Shown: piece by piece, positions 10,208-21,583 of the stretch
Layout of the letters: each line of letters opens with the position of its first letter
Numbering within the stretch: the first letter of the stretch is position 1
Source of the DNA: Planktothrix sp. GU0601_MAG3
Lineage (GTDB): Bacteria; Cyanobacteriota; Cyanobacteriia; Cyanobacteriales; Microcoleaceae
DNA length: 64,000 nt
Assembly (NCBI GenBank): GCA_035193785.1
Contig: CP136572.1
Span: 2,644,578 to 2,708,577 of the forward strand
Reading direction: 5' to 3'
The notes under the pieces: generated by a model
What the model was told of the DNA's origin: nothing
Seen by the model: the letters and a program-made list of their open reading frames with translations, nothing else
Database searches by the model: none
Translations under genes and position numbers: made by a program

Positions 10208-10344
10208 CTGCGTCGTGAGCCGTGAGCCGTGAGCCTGTCGAACGGTCGAACGAGAATAGGCAACAGTAGGTTACAAGGTTTAGTATTGTCAAACATCTTA
10301 ATTGGTAGTGCCATAACTATTGCCTATTGCCTATTGCCTATTCC

Positions 10345-10731
10345 CTATTTTTGATAAATTTCCAACGGCAAATGATCCGGATCTTGAAAAAAAGTATATC
10401 GTTTTCCTGTTATTTCATCTAAACGAATCGGTTCTACTTCAATCCCCTTTCCCAATAAATCCGTAACGCTTTGCTCGATATCATCCACCTCAAAGGCTAA
10501 ATGTCTTAAACCACAGGATTCCGGTTGATTCGGTCTTTGGGGAGGATCGGGAAAGGAAAATAACTCAATCTGATCCCGGGTTCCCACTCGTAGATCTAAT
10601 TTATAAGAATTGCGTTCTTTTCTCCAGGTTTCTTGAATAATTTCAAACCCCAAAAGATTGACATAAAAATCCTTAGATTTTTGATAATTAGAACAAATAA
10701 TTGCTATATGATGAATTTTATTAATTTTCAT
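10345..10731 (-). CDS. VOC/glyoxalase family protein (YaeR-like)
   Basis: IHHIAII, GLRHLAFEV, FFQDPDHLPLEIY. Confidence 0.9.
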   Translation of the reverse strand: MKINKIHHIAIICSNYQKSKDFYVNLLGFEIIQETWRKERNSYKLDLRVGTRDQIELFSFPDPPQRPNQPESCGLRHLAFEVDDIEQSVTDLLGKGIEVEPIRLDEITGKRYTFFQDPDHLPLEIYQK

Positions 10732-10984
10732 ACTTCTGGATAAAATACCTAATCAGTGATGTCCAAAATTTGGGCCTTTGCTAAAGGTGTAAACTTCTGC
10801 TATTGTATTAAAGTCTGGACTCAAAAACCCTTCAATCCAACTTACCGTATTCGTCCCTATCAATTTTTCTTCCTCAAGACCTAGACTAAAATCCAAATAT
10901 AGAGTATGATTATTGATAATTCCCAATCAAGACGCTATATCTAGTATTTGGGAAAACTATCGTGCAGAATCTAGGTGTTTGCCC

Positions 10985-11597
10985 ATGTCTCATAATTTAA
11001 TTCAGGCTGGAGTGATTGTTCCGAGTCAATGGCCCCTAGCCCGTGTCTGGTTGGAAGTTGCTACCCTACTCAATATCGCACCTCGAAACATTGAGCGCCT
11101 AGAATTCTGGCAACACCAAATTTGGGTAAAAATTGAGCGGAAAAAGGCCGTTTTCGTCAGTTATCGTCGCCTACCTTTATGGAAAGAAACGGGTTTAGAT
11201 GCAATTAAAAATAGTGGCAATCGCCCTGACTTAGATCAATTGGGGGAAATGCTCAGTTTAGAAGTGAAGCAATACCCAACTCAGTATGACTCCTCCGTCC
11301 TAGAAGCATGGCGTTTCCGCCTGGGCGCAAAAATCCCAACAATTCAAACTCGAAGCCCAACGTCAAGCCCAAGAAGAAGAACGTCTCAGACCCATGCGGG
11401 AGCGTCAACAAGCGGGTCAACAGTGGCACGACGGCTGGAAAACCGTTTTGCGTTACTGCAATACCTTTGATGGCTTAGAACGCTTGGCCCCGGAACTTAA
11501 ACAACAAAGTCAAGAATTTGCCGACCTACCCCAAGGAGAAACCGCCATGGAACTTTGGCATCAACGGTGGCAAGAATTGACCCACGCCACAGCCTAG
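10985..11597 (+). CDS. hypothetical protein (one gene; +1 artefact at 11313-11317)
   Basis: removing one T gives EAWRSAWAQKSQQ and joins ORF 11394-11597. Confidence 0.7.
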
Positions 11598-11616
11598 TCG
11601 ATGGTGCTACGCGCTG

Positions 11617-11731
11617 GGGAACAGGGAATGGGTAATGGGTAATGGGTAATGGGTAATGGGGAATGGGTAATGGGTAATGGGTAATGGGTAATGGGTTTAG
11701 AGGTGTCCTAACTGTAATGCTTAGTGCTATA
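11617..11731. repeat. (GGGTAAT)n STRR tract plus 35-bp conserved terminal segment
   Basis: tandem 7-mers; 11697-11731 matches 19608-19642 reverse complement at 31/35. Confidence 0.85.
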
Positions 11732-11783
11732 GTGCATCGGGTGTTCTTTTATTTCTCACCCTAACTTCAAAGCCTGATTAATT

Positions 11784-12197
11784 ATGATATCCCCATTAAC
11801 TATTTCGGAAGCTCAAGCTATTTTAAAGGGCTTTCTTTGTACAGATGTAATTTCCCCTGTTTCTGATCCAGAAAAGGCGAAGATTCAAGCAGCGTTATTA
11901 TTGCTTAACCGTGAATCTGAATATCAAATGATTGGTATTTGTGCTGACACCATGGCCGAGGCTTTAACCGCATTAAAGGATTATTTAAAAGCCTTTGAAT
12001 ATTCAATTAATTTGGAAGATCATGCCTTAGAATCCCTCTCGGAATCTGTCTATTTAAAATTCAATGGTCGCAGTCAAACTTTTTATGTCAGTCCCTATTT
12101 AGAAAAATATCGTGGGGTTTTAATTTCTTTTCAATCCACCGAAGAAAATGGAATTAATGGAGTATACGGGCATTTTCCTTTAGATTTATTTGTCTAA
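11784..12197 (+). CDS. DUF1824 family protein
   Basis: IGICADT, VYLKFN, YRGVLIS, YGHFPLDLF. Confidence 0.8.
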   Translation: MISPLTISEAQAILKGFLCTDVISPVSDPEKAKIQAALLLLNRESEYQMIGICADTMAEALTALKDYLKAFEYSINLEDHALESLSESVYLKFNGRSQTFYVSPYLEKYRGVLISFQSTEENGINGVYGHFPLDLFV

Positions 12198-12202
12198 ATT
12201 AA

Positions 12203-12238
12203 TATTCCCCATTCCCCATTCCCCATTCCCCATTCCCC
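12203..12238. repeat. (ATTCCCC)n STRR
   Basis: about 5 tandem heptamers. Confidence 0.85.
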
Positions 12239-12328
12239 GCCATATAACCACTGATAAAGTTCAAAATTCAAAATTTAAACTGTTTTAAACTTTGAACTTT
12301 GAACCTTAATTCTATCAAGCATCAACCC

Positions 12329-13790
12329 TTAAACCATCGCACCAGCAGAGGGTTGAGGGGGTTGAGGGGGTTGGGGAGGTGCGGGTGGGGGTGCGGGTTC
12401 ATTAGAAACACCGCCATAACTATCCATTACATTGTTGTAAAGTTGGATATACTCTCTAGCGGAATTTTCCCAACTAAAGTTTTGACTCATCGCCCGACGT
12501 TGTAGTTCTCGCCATTGATCTTTAAACCGGAAAGCTTCGGACGCCCGAAACCATTGAGGTATAAAAATCTAGGGGTTCATAGCGATCAAAACAGTATCCC
12601 GTACCCTGATAATTAATCGGGTCATTATAGGATACCGTATCGACTAAACCGCCCGTCCGTCGAACAATTGGAATACAACCATAACGCATCGCCAACATTT
12701 GACTAATGCCGCAGGGTTCAAACCGACTCGGCATAATAAAGGCATCACAACCCGCATAAATCCGCCTCGATAGGGCATCATTAAACAATAATTGTGTCGT
12801 CATCCGACCCGGATAACGGGAAGCCATGTGCCATAATTGGGTTTCATAATAGCGATCGCCCGTCCCTAAAACAATCAATTGACAATCGCTATAAGATAAG
12901 AATTGATCCATAATTTGTATTACCAGATCAATCCCTTTCTGATCGACTAATCGGGTAACCATCCCCATTAAAAAAGTATTAGAATTAACTTCTAATCCCA
13001 CTTCTTCTTGAATGGCGACTTTATTGGCGCGGCGATTTTCCAAACTATCCGCCGTAAACCGTTCTGGAATATAAGGGTCAGTCGCTGGGTTATAGGAATT
13101 CGTGTCAATTCCATTTAAAATTCCCGTCATTTTACCACTGACAAAGGAAAGTAACCCCTCTAAATTTTCCCCATAGGCTGCGGTTTGAATTTGTTCAGCA
13201 TAGGTCGGTGAAACCGTTGTTACTCGATCCGCCGCTTGTACCGCCGCCGCCATGGTATTGTGACCCTGCATATACCAAGGACACCAAGTAATTCGTTCCA
13301 AATACCAACGCCAAGGCCCTTGATATGCTAAATTATGAATAGTGAAAACTGTGGCAATATCCGGTGTTTCTTGCATCCAGACAGGGATCATTCCGGTGTG
13401 CCAGTCGTGGCAGTGAATGATATGGGGTTTCCAATAATTCCACGCAAACTCCGCCGCACCACTAGAAAATAAGGTGAACCGCCACTCCTCATCCTCTCCG
13501 TAATAAACGCGACGAGGCATGAAAGAGGGATGCCCAAATAAATATAATGGCACATCGGTTTTTGGAAATACCGTTTCAAAGACAGCGAAACGCTGATACA
13601 TGGCATTTCCCCACCAGATCGGGTCTTTTGGGACTTTGATCTTATCGGCGAGAAAGCCATAATAGGGCATAAAGATGCGCACATCGTGTCCCATTGCTCG
13701 CAACACCTGCGGCAATGCACCGACCACATCTCCCATCCCACCTACTTTTGCTAAAGGTGCCGCTTCTGCGGCGACAAATAGAATTCGCAT
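12329..13790 (-). CDS. glgA: glycogen synthase (+1 artefact at GAAAC 12547-12551; true stop 12329)
   Basis: [22 protein letters not shown]; repaired end ...[16 protein letters not shown]...[10 protein letters not shown]. Confidence 0.95.
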
Positions 13791-14028
13791 TTTGATTTTG
13801 CGTTCCCTTAGTTGCTCCGTAACGTCATCATACCTCTGGTGGGCGTACTATTGAAACGCTTTAATCTAGTTTCGATGAATTAGCGATCTAGGTTAATCGA
13901 AAAGGTAATGCTCACTTCAAAAGAATTTCAAAATAATATTGTATGTTGCAGTCAGCAACGGATTTTACCGAAATCTACTGAATTAATGCTGTAGTTAGAG
14001 GTTCGGTTATCAGTGCCTTTCGCGGGAG

Positions 14029-14593
14029 ATGCAAAAAATGCTTGATCAACTGCTCAATTCTATTTCATCTTGGAATAGGTTTTGTCGCCCACTTTCCTCC
14101 CTGACCGCTACTTTGGTCTTAACTATGGTGGTAGGTTTTGGGGGAGTCGCCTCGGCGAACACCGTCCTAGTTTCACAAAGTCCTAGGAATGCTGATTCAG
14201 AAACCGCCGTTGTCCAACGTCATTTTCTCGCCGATGGGGTTTACCTCTATGGTGAATCTCCTCAACCGGAAACAAATGGGACAATCTTATCTGGTGTTTG
14301 AAGTCAAGCAAGGTCAAGTAACTGGGGCGTTTTATATGCCGCGCTCGTCCTTTGACTGTTTTACTGGAGTTCCTGAAGGCAATTATCTGAGTTTAAAGAT
14401 TATCGAAAGTTATACCCGAGAAACCCATTCCTATCAAATTGGTTTGAATAATACTGCTGTTGTAGCAACAAATGGGGGGCAAATTGGCGAAGATAATTTG
14501 GTTTTAGAAGGGTTTCATCGTCTTCCTAACGTTAGTGAAAATGATACTCGGATTCTGAATCAGTGTAAAGCTGATCTGAATTCCAGGCTTTAG
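14029..14593 (+). CDS. conserved exported hypothetical protein (+1 artefact at 14269-14273)
   Basis: hydrophobic signal region; repaired DGVYLYGESPQPEQMGQSYLVFE...GAFYMPRSSFDCF. Confidence 0.75.
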
Positions 14594-14610
14594 CTGAAAC
14601 AGCCTTAAAC

Positions 14611-15555
14611 TTAAGGTTTCTGTTTTTCTCGGTAAACTCGAATTAATTCTGCTCCAATACTAATGGCGATTTCTTCGGGAGTCAATGCTCCAATTTCTAA
14701 TCCAATCGGAGCATGGATTTTTTCGAGTTGGTGGGGAGAAATACCAGAATCCTGTAAATCTTGGTAAACCCAGTTAATTCTTTTTTTGCTACCAATCATT
14801 CCAATATATTGATAGGGTAAATTTAGATTTAAAATCACCTTTAACGCTTCAATATCATAGATATATCCTCGATTTACCAGGGCAATATATAGGTTTTCAT
14901 GGGGTGTTAATTGTTCTAAAACACTGATGACGCTTTGATTGAAAATTTGAACCCGGGGAGGAAATCGTTCGGGATGGGTCAACTCAGTCCGAGAGTCTTG
15001 AATTATAATTTTAAAGCCAATAAAATCAGCTATTTGAGATAACTTTTCTCCGACGTGACCCGCGCCTATAATTAATAAGGTTGGCGAAGGTTTTAAGGTT
15101 TCTATAAAGGTCTGATCAGAGTTTGAAATTGGGGAGTTTTCCGATAGTAAATAGGGAAAAGTTTTATCAAAATAAGTTACAAGGATAACAGATTTTCCCG
15201 TTTCTAAATTCTGTAAAATTTTTTCTGTTAATGCGATCGCTTTTTTCCCTGACCATCTTTCTAATAATACCTGCATTAACCCCCCACAAACCCCTTGGGT
15301 TTCGTGTTCAGGAGTACCGGATAGATCAATTTCAACTAATTGCTTGTTTCCGGTTTTTAAAACTTCCCCAGCCTGCTGAATAACTTTAAATTCTCCCGCG
15401 CCTCCTCCAATGGTATCAAAAGTTCGACCATCGGCACAAATGATCATTTTAGCACCCATTTCTCTAGGGACTGAACCCTTAACCCGGGTGACAGTTGCCA
15501 CCACCACATCTCCTTGATTTAAAACTTGAATAAGTTGTTGGTAGAATCGAATCAT
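14611..15555 (-). CDS. xdhC: xanthine dehydrogenase accessory protein XdhC/CoxI
   Basis: GSVPREMGAKM, TIGGG, CGG, GAGHVG, PIGLEIGALTPEEIAISI. Confidence 0.9.
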   Translation of the reverse strand: MIRFYQQLIQVLNQGDVVVATVTRVKGSVPREMGAKMIICADGRTFDTIGGGAGEFKVIQQAGEVLKTGNKQLVEIDLSGTPEHETQGVCGGLMQVLLERWSGKKAIALTEKILQNLETGKSVILVTYFDKTFPYLLSENSPISNSDQTFIETLKPSPTLLIIGAGHVGEKLSQIADFIGFKIIIQDSRTELTHPERFPPRVQIFNQSVISVLEQLTPHENLYIALVNRGYIYDIEALKVILNLNLPYQYIGMIGSKKRINWVYQDLQDSGISPHQLEKIHAPIGLEIGALTPEEIAISIGAELIRVYREKQKP

Positions 15556-15650
15556 TATAACACAAAAAGGGCAAGTAATCAATAGAAAACTGAATTAATA
15601 ACTAATATAAAATTCTGAAATTGATGCTTAATAATTTTCCTAAACCCCGC

Positions 15651-15704
15651 GTAGAGACGTGCCATGGCGCGTCTCTACACAATACGGATGCGTAGCAAAT
15701 ATTT
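15651..15704. repeat. GTAG...CTAC 28-bp palindromic dispersed repeat with conserved tail
   Basis: GTAGAGACGTGCCATGGCGCGTCTCTAC + ATACGGATGCGTAG; near-identical to 53261-53314. Confidence 0.9.
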
Positions 15705-15750
15705 GATGATTTCATATAAGATTAATCACAGATAAAATAAAGGATAATTT

Positions 15751-18048
15751 TCAGGTAAATTGTACCTGTTCAATAGCGTTTAAAATAGCCTCTGGGGTAG
15801 CAGGAGAAGCTAAAAAAACCGCATCCGTTTGACCAAAGGCTGCGATCGCTTCTTTAATGGCTTCCCTGACAGATATTGCTAACATGAAAGGCGGTTCTCC
15901 CACCGCTTTACTACCATAAATTACCCCATCCTGTGCCGCCCGTTGTAATAAATGAACCTTAAAATTTTTAGGTATTTCTTTAATTGTCGGAATTTTATAG
16001 GTACTAGGGGCAAAAGTTTTCAGTCTTCCTGAGTCATCCCAAATCAATTCTTCCATGGTTAACCATCCCATTCCCTGGACAAAACCTCCTTCTATTTGTC
16101 CGATATCAATTAAAGGATTTAGGGACTCTCCCACATCATGCACAATATCCACTTGGCGCAATTTAAAAGTCCCTGTAAATCCATCTATTTCTACTTCACT
16201 TACCGCCGCCCCATAGGCATAATAATAGAAAGGTCTACCCTTACCTATTTTGGGATCATAGTAAATATTAGGGGTGCGATAATAGCCCGTTGTTGACAAA
16301 CTTACCCGTTGATTATAGGCTTGTTTAACAACCTGATTAAACTCTATTTTTTGACTAGGATAACTTTGACAATAAATCCAATCCTCAGCAAAAATTAACT
16401 CTTGAGGTTCATCCATATTTAACAATTTTGCCGCGACTTTTGATAATCGTTTTTTGAGGATTTCGCAGGCATTTTTAATCGCTTGACCATTCAAGTCAGA
16501 ACCACTAGAAGCAGCCGTAGCAGAGGTATTGGGAACTTTATCCGTACTTGTGGGCATAATTCTAAACCGTTCAATATTCACCCCTAATGCTTGGGAAGCA
16601 ACCTGCAACATTTTCGTTTGTAAACCCTGACCCATTTCCGTCCCGCCATGATTAATTTGAATACTCCCATCTAGGTAAATTAAAATCAAAGCTCCTGCTT
16701 GATTATATTCGGTTTTGGTAAAAGAAATTCCAAATTTAACCGGAGTAATTGCCAACCCGCGTTTTTGATAATTATTATTTTGATTAAATTGTGCTATTTC
16801 TATTTTTCTCTGGGCAAAATTTGATTTTAGTTTAACTTCCTCCCAAACTCGCAAAATCCGATTATCAAAAATTTCTTGACCATAATGGGTAGTATTTGTT
16901 TCTGCTTCTCCGTGATAAAAATTATGTTCCCTAACCAATTCGGTTGGTAAGCCTAATTTACGCGCTATTCTCCCTATTATTTCTTCAATAATAGCCATTC
17001 CTTGCGGCCCACCAAACCCCCGAAAAGCCGTATTAGAAACTTTATTAGTTTTTAGGACTTGACCTCTAATTTCTAAGTTAGGAATATAATAACAATTATC
17101 GAGATGAAACATCGCCCGTTGTAAAATAGGGAAGGATAAATCCGCACTCCAACCGCCATCGGAATATAAATCAATATCCAGGGCTAAAAGTTGACCTTTT
17201 GAGTTAAATCCTACTTGATATTGACCGAAAAAAGGATGGCGTTTTCCAGTTATGATCATATCTTGATCTCGTTTGAGTCGAACTCGCGCCGGACATCCGG
17301 TTTTTTGAGCAGCTAAAGCGGCTATAGCTGCGGTAGGATTAGCTTGGGTTTCTTTCCCTCCAAACCCTCCTCCCATGCGTAAACAAGTGACCACAATTTG
17401 ATTTCTAGGAATACCTAAAACCTCTGAAATAATCGCTTGAGTTTCACTCGGATGTTGAGTAGAGGAATAGACTTGATAATTGTCTTCCATATTGGGAATA
17501 ACCCAACTAACTTGAGTTTCTAAATAAAAATGATCTTGACCTGGAATTTCAATCTCTCCAGTTAAAATAAATTCAGATTCCTGTAAAGCATTAGTGATAT
17601 TTCCCCGACGCATAATATTTTTATCGGCGTGAACACTATTATTTTTAATTGCATCTTTAATTGTTAAAATCGGGGTTAAGACTTCATAGTCAATTTTTAT
17701 ACTTTTGGCTGCTTTTTGGGCTATATTTTCCGTTTCTGCAACTATCCAAACCACAGGTTGACCCCAATAATTAATTTCATCCGCAGGTAATAGGACTTCA
17801 TCGTGTTTAATGGTTCCGGTGTTATTATTGCCTTTAATATCATTAGCTGTTAAAATAGTAACAAACCCCGGAATATTATCTAAATTTGAACTATCAATTT
17901 TTAGGATTTTTGCTTTAGCATAGGGGGATAATATCGGCCATAAATATAACATTCCGTTGGGTAATCTTTGGTCATCGGTATAAATCGCTTTTCCCGTAAC
18001 ATGACTAACAGCACTTTCATGGGGTTTAGATTTATTATTTTCTTTCAT
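15751..18048 (-). CDS. xdhB: xanthine dehydrogenase molybdopterin-binding subunit
   Basis: RMGGGFGGKE, AFRGFGGPQG, GTEMGQG, SATAASSG, SKAVGEPP. Confidence 0.95.
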   Translation of the reverse strand: MKENNKSKPHESAVSHVTGKAIYTDDQRLPNGMLYLWPILSPYAKAKILKIDSSNLDNIPGFVTILTANDIKGNNNTGTIKHDEVLLPADEINYWGQPVVWIVAETENIAQKAAKSIKIDYEVLTPILTIKDAIKNNSVHADKNIMRRGNITNALQESEFILTGEIEIPGQDHFYLETQVSWVIPNMEDNYQVYSSTQHPSETQAIISEVLGIPRNQIVVTCLRMGGGFGGKETQANPTAAIAALAAQKTGCPARVRLKRDQDMIITGKRHPFFGQYQVGFNSKGQLLALDIDLYSDGGWSADLSFPILQRAMFHLDNCYYIPNLEIRGQVLKTNKVSNTAFRGFGGPQGMAIIEEIIGRIARKLGLPTELVREHNFYHGEAETNTTHYGQEIFDNRILRVWEEVKLKSNFAQRKIEIAQFNQNNNYQKRGLAITPVKFGISFTKTEYNQAGALILIYLDGSIQINHGGTEMGQGLQTKMLQVASQALGVNIERFRIMPTSTDKVPNTSATAASSGSDLNGQAIKNACEILKKRLSKVAAKLLNMDEPQELIFAEDWIYCQSYPSQKIEFNQVVKQAYNQRVSLSTTGYYRTPNIYYDPKIGKGRPFYYYAYGAAVSEVEIDGFTGTFKLRQVDIVHDVGESLNPLIDIGQIEGGFVQGMGWLTMEELIWDDSGRLKTFAPSTYKIPTIKEIPKNFKVHLLQRAAQDGVIYGSKAVGEPPFMLAISVREAIKEAIAAFGQTDAVFLASPATPEAILNAIEQVQFT

Positions 18049-18075
18049 ATTTTTATCCTTAGATTAGTTGTTGCG

Positions 18076-18155
18076 CGTTGTTGCGCTTTAGCGCAATCTT
18101 TACTCATCCCAATTCGTTGCTTCAGCCCACCAAGAGAGGCTAAAGCCCAACAACG
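18076..18155. repeat. inverted-repeat element CGTTGTTGCGCTTTAGC...GCTAAAGCCCAACAACG
   Basis: 17-bp imperfect inverted ends; relative at 22926-22972. Confidence 0.75.
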
Positions 18156-18157
18156 TT

Positions 18158-19558
18158 TTATCGGGTAGAAAACTCTAGGAAAAACTTTTCAAACAAATTA
18201 GCAACTAATCGTTTTCTATAACTAGCACTTCCCCGTAAATCCGTCAAGGGATTAAAAACATCTTTTAACATAATTTTAGCTTGTTGAATAGTTGCCAAAT
18301 TCCAAGGTTTTCCGATTAACATAGTTTCAATATTAATCGCCCTCATGGGAATTGCTGCTACTCCACCATAGGCGAGTCTAGCATAAATAATTGTATTATT
18401 TGTATCCAAATCAATCGTAAAGGCTGCGGAAACAATACTAATATCATCAGTCCCCCGTTTTCCGACTTTATAAGATTGACTAAAACGCCTAATAGCATTT
18501 TTAGTAATGGTTTTAGGAATAATAATTGAAACAATTACTTCTTGGGGTTGTAATTGGGTTTGACGATAACCTTGAAAAAAATCAGTAATAGCAATAATTC
18601 GTTCTCCGGTTAAACTTGCTAACCGTATTTGACCATCCAAAGATAATAAAACCGGGGCTAAATCTCCAATAGGAGATGCGGTGGCAATGTTACCTCCAAT
18701 AGTAGCACGATTGCGAATTTGTTTACCCGCAAACCAAACTAACATTTCATCTAAACTCGGAAATATTCCCCTTAATTGTGCTTGAATATAACTCAAAGGA
18801 ATAGCCGCGCCAATTTCTACTGTATCTGAATTGTGTTGAATTTGCTGAAGTTCTGCAACAGATTCTAAAGAAATTAGGGTAGGAAATTCTTGGCGATGAT
18901 GACTAATTTCTAAGCCTAAATCCGTTCCTCCTGCGATTAATTTAGCCTGGGGATATTGTTGTAAAAGATTTAACACTTTTGAGAGTTGAATCGGGCGGAA
19001 AAACTGTTGACAAGGAGTAATATAACTGATAGAATTAAGCTGTAGATTAATTTGTTGTAAACGGTGACTAAATTGATCGGAAGCCTGGGCATTATTAACC
19101 GCTTCGGCGGCTTTAATAATCGGTAAATAACCCGTACATCGACATAAATTCCCTTCTAAAGATTCATCATCAACCTGACCGTTATAATACGCAGCAAATA
19201 AACTCAGAATAAACCCCGGGGTACAATAACCACATTGGGAACCCCCCAAACTAACCATTGCTTCCTGTACCGGATGCAGACCGTCTTTCCCCACACCTTC
19301 AACGGTAATAATTTCCCGCCCCGCCATCGTTGCTAAGGGAATTAAACAACTATTCATTGCTAGATATTGGGGTTGTCCGTCCGCCCCCTGACCCACAACT
19401 GCAACGGTACAAGCTCCACAGTCCCCATCCCCGCAACCTTCTTTTGTTCCAACCCGTCCACTACTTCGCAAATATTCTAATAGGGTCAGGGTGGGAGAAA
19501 CATCTTGGATATCAATTTTTTGACTATTAATTGTTAGGCTAAAGGTATTATTTTGCAT
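18158..19558 (-). CDS. xdhA: xanthine dehydrogenase small subunit (2Fe-2S + FAD)
   Basis: GTKEGCGDGDCGAC, QCGYCTPG, GNLCRCTGY, AGGTD, RNRATIGGN. Confidence 0.95.
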   Translation of the reverse strand: MQNNTFSLTINSQKIDIQDVSPTLTLLEYLRSSGRVGTKEGCGDGDCGACTVAVVGQGADGQPQYLAMNSCLIPLATMAGREIITVEGVGKDGLHPVQEAMVSLGGSQCGYCTPGFILSLFAAYYNGQVDDESLEGNLCRCTGYLPIIKAAEAVNNAQASDQFSHRLQQINLQLNSISYITPCQQFFRPIQLSKVLNLLQQYPQAKLIAGGTDLGLEISHHRQEFPTLISLESVAELQQIQHNSDTVEIGAAIPLSYIQAQLRGIFPSLDEMLVWFAGKQIRNRATIGGNIATASPIGDLAPVLLSLDGQIRLASLTGERIIAITDFFQGYRQTQLQPQEVIVSIIIPKTITKNAIRRFSQSYKVGKRGTDDISIVSAAFTIDLDTNNTIIYARLAYGGVAAIPMRAINIETMLIGKPWNLATIQQAKIMLKDVFNPLTDLRGSASYRKRLVANLFEKFFLEFSTR

Positions 19559-19607
19559 AAGCTATAATCTTGATCATTATGAGTGTACAATTCATTTAGA
19601 CTTGCTA

Positions 19608-19750
19608 TATAGCAATACGCATTACAGTTAGAACACTTCTAATTTCCAAAACAAATTACCCATTACCCATTACCCATTACCCATTACCCATTACCCATTA
19701 CCCATTACCCATTACCCATTACCCATTACCCATTACCCATTCCCTGTTCC
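19608..19750. repeat. 35-bp conserved segment plus (ATTACCC)n STRR
   Basis: mirror architecture of 11617-11731. Confidence 0.85.
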
Positions 19751-19751
19751 T

Positions 19752-20855
19752 CTATAATTTTAAAAATACTAAACCACTATATAAATGAAAGGCATTATCC
19801 CAAACACTTTCTGATTTTCGAGATAAATCAATATAGGGTTTAATCTTGCCTAAAAATTGAGTATAATCTAATGTGGTTTCGGCAAAAGGTGTGAACTCAG
19901 ACCAGAGTTGAGCATGAGTTAACAATAAATTTAACTGTTCTTTTAACAAATTCCAATGAATTCTATTAGTATTTTGGGAAGCGGGCACGGTTTCCTGGGA
20001 AAATTGAGTAAAATCAACTCCCTGTTTAAACTCATAATTTTGATCACAAATTCTTAAAATACAACCCCGTTTAGGCAAATGTAGATCACAAATTTGAGCA
20101 TAATCTTGAGTGACTTCTTTATGGCGAAATCGTTCGGATTTAGGACGGCGGGGATCATAATCTAAAGATTCCACAAATAATGGTAATAATCCCTCAACCC
20201 GTCGGGTTACTTCTTGCCAATTAAACGTTATCGAACCTAATTGCTCCTGTTCATTTTGACAAATAATAGTCGGTTGAGGTGATAAAGATTGAATTGATTG
20301 TATCTGAAATACATGGAGTTTTTGAATATCGGTTAAAGATACCCAAAATACTGGAATTCCCGCCTCTAACATTTCCTGACCATAAACCTTTAATTCCCCC
20401 ATTTCCCCAGTTTTATACAGACGCCAACCCCGACTTTGTAGCTGCATTCTGGCGGTATAGGGATCGGTTTTCAAAATTCGGGCTAGGGTTTGGGCGGCAA
20501 TTTGTTTTTTTTCTGGGGCTAAAGGTTCTAAAATTAAAACACCCAATTCTTGATTTGTCGGGTCAGTTTTAGCTTGAATAATTGCTTCTTGACGTCGATT
20601 TTGTTCAATGGTTTCAATTCTTTGTAAACCCTGACGCGCCTGGGCGACAATTTTAGGGTTAGTCGCATCTTTTAATAATTTACGATAAACCTTTTCGGCG
20701 GTTTCTAATTTATCCGTCCCCTCATACCAACGCCCAGCATACAACTGTACCCAAAAATTCTGGGGCTCTTGTTTTTGCAGTTGCTTGAGGAGTTTGGCGG
20801 CTTGGCGGTAGTCCTGACGGTCTAGGGCTTCCGCTATCTGTTCGAGTTCTTTCAT
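19752..20855 (-). CDS. TPR-containing conserved cyanobacterial protein
   Basis: N-terminal TPR-like helices; likely start MKELEQ. Confidence 0.75.
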   Translation of the reverse strand: MKELEQIAEALDRQDYRQAAKLLKQLQKQEPQNFWVQLYAGRWYEGTDKLETAEKVYRKLLKDATNPKIVAQARQGLQRIETIEQNRRQEAIIQAKTDPTNQELGVLILEPLAPEKKQIAAQTLARILKTDPYTARMQLQSRGWRLYKTGEMGELKVYGQEMLEAGIPVFWVSLTDIQKLHVFQIQSIQSLSPQPTIICQNEQEQLGSITFNWQEVTRRVEGLLPLFVESLDYDPRRPKSERFRHKEVTQDYAQICDLHLPKRGCILRICDQNYEFKQGVDFTQFSQETVPASQNTNRIHWNLLKEQLNLLLTHAQLWSEFTPFAETTLDYTQFLGKIKPYIDLSRKSESVWDNAFHLYSGLVFLKL

Positions 20856-20960
20856 GCTTTTACCTCTTGCCCTAATATTATTGTGCCATTTCTTTTTAAA
20901 TAAAATCACCTCCCCGTAATCAACAGGAAGGTGAAAAAAAATAAGGATGGTTAAATCAAC

Positions 20961-21489
20961 TTATTTGGGGCAAACGGAAATATTATTAGCGTTAAGAACA
21001 ACTGTTCCAGCGCTTTGCTGTTGAATTAACACGGGGTTGCCTGTGTCGGTTTTGATGATTAAAGGACTTAAAGCCAGACATCCTTGAACCAGTTTCGCCC
21101 CATTCTTCAACTTTGCGGGTATATTCAGCCCGAATCCGAGGAATATCATCTAAGGTAATACCATTGGGGATCGGAGGTAAGTTAGGGATAAACACCGTAT
21201 CGGTAATTACTGCATCACTGGTGATGCTGTCATCAGTCCCTAAGTCATACATAATCGGAAACTTGAAAGCCGCAGGTAGGGTTCTATCCGGGTAAGCCAG
21301 GTCGGGTAAACTGTAATAAATCGGGGGGTCAACCCGTCCCAGATCAGGATCTTTGGGTTGATATTTATAGTCAAAGTCAGAGGGAACTACAGGTGTCCCA
21401 ATAGGATTTTGAGCGACAGCAGGTAACTGTGAAGCTACTGCGATCAGGGCGCATAGGCCACCAATCAGTTTAGAATTCATCGTTTTCAT
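20961..21489 (-). CDS. secreted hypothetical protein (+1 artefact at 21092-21096)
   Basis: signal peptide ending AVA/Q; repaired EEWGELVQGCL joins the two ORFs. Confidence 0.7.
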
Positions 21490-21583
21490 CTCCTCAATCT
21501 CACCAACGTAAAAATTAACGAACTCTGGATGTAAGGTTGATTCTGGTGTGATCAACATTACCGCCACTCGGCTTTACAGAACT

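Noticed and set aside
9931..10314. ORFs with CSLFPVP repeats (9931-10314, 10056-10292)
   Set aside because: Translations of the GGGAACA STRR tract.
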